A stretch of 64,000 nt of DNA from Macrostomum lignano (taxonomy: Eukaryota). The notes beneath the pieces were generated by a model. That model ran no database searches. It was not told where the DNA came from and saw nothing but the letters and a program-made list of their open reading frames with translations. Shown in pieces: positions 60,229 to 64,000 of the stretch. The first letter of the stretch is position 1, and every line of letters starts with the position of its first letter. The stretch is taken from NCBI GenBank assembly GCA_002269645.1, contig NIVC01001233.1, positions 62,001-126,000 on the forward strand. Reading direction: 5' to 3'. The translations under genes were made by a program, and so were the position numbers.

Positions 60229-60800
60229 ACCTGCGAATGTTAACAATTGTTTTACTTTCTTGCTCTTTTGAGCTACTAAAGTAGCTATAACTAAGTATAG
60301 CTCATAGTGTAAGTCAGCATGTACTTCTGAGATCATATTCTTTATAAATAATTCTGATGCACTGACGTCTCAATGCTCGAGAGACACTACTACCTATAGT
60401 AAGTAGCATAATAGGGCAGTGTTCATGGAAAGATCAAGCCCAAAACGTTCCTGAAAACGTGATTCTAACTTTTAGCCTCTTCATTTTCTTCATTTTTTTC
60501 TATTTTTAAGTTTTGCTTCAAAGCGTGAACAAAGCTTTTCTTTACTAATTGGATCCTCAAAGCTTTGTTTGTTGCCGTCCAGCAAAATCCATTAGATAAA
60601 CAGCAAGGGCAATGTTTTAATTCTGGCAAGTTCTCTGACAGCTCGTCGAATCTAGGTCGTTTCCGCATCAATTAGCTTAATGTCTAATCAACCTGATAAA
60701 AGGGGAGCCAGAAGCTTTTGTCAGAATTTCCTCGATGCTTTCTTTAGAAGCATAGAGTTCAGTGGTCTCGGTGGCTCCCTGGTCCAGCTAGCATGGGGAG

Positions 60801-62823
60801 ATGAAGAGAGTTCCGCTTCGAGTCAAGAACTCTAGTAGAAACCTAAAGAAGACTATTTGCAAATTAGTTCGCCACAACTACGAAAAAATTCTGGTCTTGA
60901 TTGAAGCTGAAGTTTTGGTAAACTGGGTCCCAGATGTCTATGGCAAAACCCCAGGCTTACTAGGTAGTATTAACAGTAGAACTACACCTTTTCCGTTCAA
61001 ATTAAACAAAACTCACATGCTATTTCGACAAGCTGACATTCAATTTCATCATTCTATATTTAGCTACTTCAACCTTCATTGGAATTCGGCAAGCGGCATT
61101 CAATTTCGCAGTCGGATATTCTATTTTCATTTGAAGTTTTTCGCAAGTTTTGTCCATAGACAGAATAAACGCCCTCACTATGGTATGAAATAGAATATCC
61201 CATTGCCGAACTTGAATGGGTCCTTGCCGAATTCGAATGACGGTTGAAGTAGCTAAATATAGAATGATGGAATTGAATGTCAGCTTGCCGAAATAGAATG
61301 CGAGTTTGATTGAAATTTAACGGGAAAAGGTGTACCCGGTGCCGACGGCATCGTGATGACGGAATGCTTGAGAGACTGTCTGCGCGGATGTTCAGCATGG
61401 CTTGCCTGCACTATCGAGGCTTGATCAGAGAAACTTGGCCAGTGACCAATGAAGTCAAGAGCTGATGCAGGCACATGTGGTCGGCGTGCTGATGAAATTT
61501 GGAGGCTTGGCAAGGCGGCACTGAATACACTAGTGCTTATGGAAAAAATCCGACCATCTGGAAGAATCGTTGAATATCTCGATATTCCAGAGAGCTGGCG
61601 ACTTGATTATTGAATCTTGTTTGAGAAGGTGCGCAACAAAAATTTAGCCCGTGTTCTTGAATTTCATGTGCCTGCGTTGCTCCGTTCCGGCGCAGCAAAA
61701 AATGTCAGGGGGACGTCTTAATTGCTCTACGGGCGAAGAAATGACTTGATATTCCTACCGTTAAACTCGCGAACTTGGTCGCAAATGTCTATGGCAAACC
61801 CCAGTCTTACTAGACTGTACGCAGATCTCTGTAGCATTGAACTGGCAAACTTTATCGCAAATGTCTATGGCAAAACCCTTAGTCTTACTAGACTGTATGC
61901 AGATCTCTGTAGCATTGAACTGGCAACTTGGTCTCAGGCACTGTATATTCTGCAAACACAGATTTGGGATCAAATCATACGACCGAAGCTTCAGAAGGTT
62001 TTCCCAGCTATCTACTCGTTCGCTACTTGTGAGCTGCGGGCAGCCACTATCACAACGGTTTCGGCAAAAGACACGAGAAAGCAATTACGAATAAATAGGA
62101 AGGCTTAAAGCATGCTCATAGAGTGTATATCATACCTTGCAAAGCTGCTGAAGTCATGTCAGAGCATCAATTTTTATCAAAGTCTCATTATGTTATTATT
62201 TATTTAGGCCCTCTGCCTGTCACAGCTAGCTGTCAAAGCATCTGCAAACATAATGATTTTGCGTGTTTGTTGAGCACTTTTACTTCTACATGAGGCAAAG
62301 CTATTTAATTTTGAATTTCGCTTTGACATCAATGGTAATCCATCTTACTTTTATCTGGTAAGGGGGGGGGTTATCGAGCAATTATCTTGACCGAAACGGC
62401 GACTTTGAAGATCCAATTAACTCGGGGCTGCGGGGGCGGGGGCTTGTGTCGGTGGGCTGTTCTGCGATTCAAACAACCCATGACGAGGTCCAGCCACTAA
62501 GACATGCATGTAGACTGTAGAGAATGTAAATGCCCGACGATTCGAAATTCAGGGCCAGCGGAGTCAGCGGAATGTCAAGAGTTGCCCCAGCGCGCTTGCT
62601 GCAGGACGATGTGGTCGAAAGCTTGCGCCAGGGTGCCCTCGTAACCCTGCTGCGAATGCTTATTAATTATGGTGCGGGTTCAGCACTCAAGGAAGCACCC
62701 GGCCTTGGGCTGCTGGACAGACTGAGCAACACCGCTGGCGGGCCCTCATGGCCCTTAGAGTCTTCTCTCATCCCATGCTTAACGAGTTCGCTGTGCCGAT
62801 ATAGCATTTCTGGACAAAAATAG
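60801..62823 (+). pseudogene. Possible decayed ankyrin-repeat (perhaps SOCS-box) gene
   Basis: VRHNYEKILVLIEAEVLVNWVPDVYGKTPGLL, duplicated ANVYGKT segments, LLRMLINYGA and terminal LTSSLCRYSI resemble ankyrin and SOCS-box consensus. It is broken by a MITE, stops and frame changes. Confidence 0.35.
60985..61332. mobile_element. Tc1/mariner-type MITE (348 bp)
   Basis: ~110-bp imperfect TIRs (CACCTTTTCC... / ...GGAAAAGGTG); TA duplicated at 60983-84 and 61333-34. Confidence 0.8.
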
Positions 62824-63058
62824 CTTGATAAACTTGTGAGTCCACTGGGCAAAACACCTACGAGCTACTCGCTTTGTTTGCGAGCGCAGCGTCTTTGATA
62901 CTTATTCGGAAACAAACTATGAGTATTGACTACACTGTGAATAGCAGCTTGTTTCCTAAATAGTATCAGTCCATTTTCTGTTTCAATCATAGCAAACAAA
63001 CTGTGTGTCTCCTAGCACAAACAGCTAACTGGAAAATAGTCGACAGCTCGAGTCTGAA

Positions 63059-63102
63059 AGCCAATGGGAAGATAGCGGCCTAGTCAGCCAGTCGATAAAT
63101 AA
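63059..63102 (+). promoter_or_regulatory. Candidate CCAAT + TATA-like promoter of the neuropeptide gene
   Basis: AGCCAATG at 63059 and ATAAATAA at 63095, ~100 bp before the ATG. Confidence 0.4.
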
Positions 63103-63194
63103 GACAGGACAGCATCGCTCTGGCTACGCAGCACTCAGCTCCGCCTCGCTCTCCTCGAAACCTTGAACCTTAACCGAACCTCAACCGAACTGAG

Positions 63195-63518
63195 ATGCAA
63201 CCAGTTACAGTGGTTCTACCGATTCTGCTTCTGCTGGCGACGGTGCAGCAGTCTTCAGCCGCCGCGATCACTGCTGGCGATGTGGACTCAACGGACGAAA
63301 CGGTCGCTGACCTCGCCCGACACTGCGACATTCGGCGCCGACTGAAACTGCCCACTCCGGCGGCGCTGTGCGTTGAGCTGCTGCGGGACAGGGCCGCGGA
63401 CGCGCCGCCAGACAAGCGGGCGTGGCTGCAGTCGTCGCAGCTGTCCTACCAGAGATTCATGGACAAAATGCGCGAGGGTGACGAGAAGCAGCGGTACAAT
63501 GTCATGCGATACGGCTGA
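63195..63518 (+). CDS. Neuropeptide precursor (intronless), C-terminal amidated ...YNVMRY-NH2 peptide
   Basis: Hydrophobic signal peptide; pro-region with a C-x14-C pair; dibasic KR then 31 aa ending MRY-G-stop (amide-donor Gly); GC-rich codons; AATAAA at 63579 and 63590. Confidence 0.82.
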   Translation: MQPVTVVLPILLLLATVQQSSAAAITAGDVDSTDETVADLARHCDIRRRLKLPTPAALCVELLRDRAADAPPDKRAWLQSSQLSYQRFMDKMREGDEKQRYNVMRYG

Positions 63519-64000
63519 GATGCAAATAGATTCCCTTCTATCTGACGAGTTCGCTCCTCTGTTGTTGTCATCAAGTTGAATAAATTATTAATAAATTTCA
63601 GCTTGTGGAGCATGAATCTATTTTAAATGATTCTTAGCGGCTACTTCTATCTGTATTGGTTTTTATCTATCTATAACAGACTGCATTTTGGCGAAAATTC
63701 TCTTATAATATTTAATATATTTCCCATGGGCCTTCACTAAAAGAGAGTCAACCCAAGGACCGCTAGGAACACTTCGAGTAGTAATCCTTGGATCGATCCT
63801 GGCCTCCTCGTTTAATAGGTATCATTCGATCATTGCTTGATTAATAAGCTTTGTTAGAATCCCACTGGCAGCCAATGTAGATATAGGAAAAGAATAGAGC
63901 AGGCATACAATTAGTACAGAAGCAATTGACAAAAATATTGATCCCATTTAGATAGCAATTTATACTTTAAGCGTTTTGCTCATTCTAATCTCTCCAAGAG

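Noticed and set aside
62575-62650. Minus-strand segment QGYEGTLAQAFDHIVLQQARWGNS* resembling an RW-amide peptide exon
   Set aside because: No signal-peptide exon was found upstream, the Gly is not followed by a basic site or stop, and the same DNA has an open plus-strand frame.

Overview
Eukaryotic (invertebrate) genomic DNA. GC-rich, polyQ/polyP-rich exons sit in AT-rich DNA packed with minisatellites. The composition suggests a free-living flatworm such as Macrostomum, but that is inference only. Five genes are supported. (1) First coding exon of the rRNA methyltransferase EMG1/NEP1 (minus strand; the gene runs off the left edge). (2) A 3-exon myocardin/MRTF-like SRF co-activator (RPEL, basic and SAP motifs). 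(3) An ~790-aa single-LIM protein in ~13 phase-consistent exons (26.2-53.0 kb), with 4-5 copies of a ~30-aa repeat and several candidate alternative first exons. (4) Neuroendocrine protein 7B2 (SCG5) in 3 exons. (5) An intronless neuropeptide precursor ending in ...YNVMRY-amide. Mobile DNA includes a young 2.24-kb non-coding LTR retroelement (4-bp TSD, tRNA-Gln PBS, PPT), a decayed THAP/P-element-like remnant not in the ORF track, several MITEs, SINE-like copies and a probable decayed ankyrin-repeat gene. About 19 different tandem arrays occupy roughly a third of the window. Several intronic arrays are built from units that look like splice acceptors or AG|GT recursive splice sites, and others are homotypic arrays of E-box, CCAAT or CArG-like motifs. 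All coordinates were derived by hand; array boundaries are approximate.
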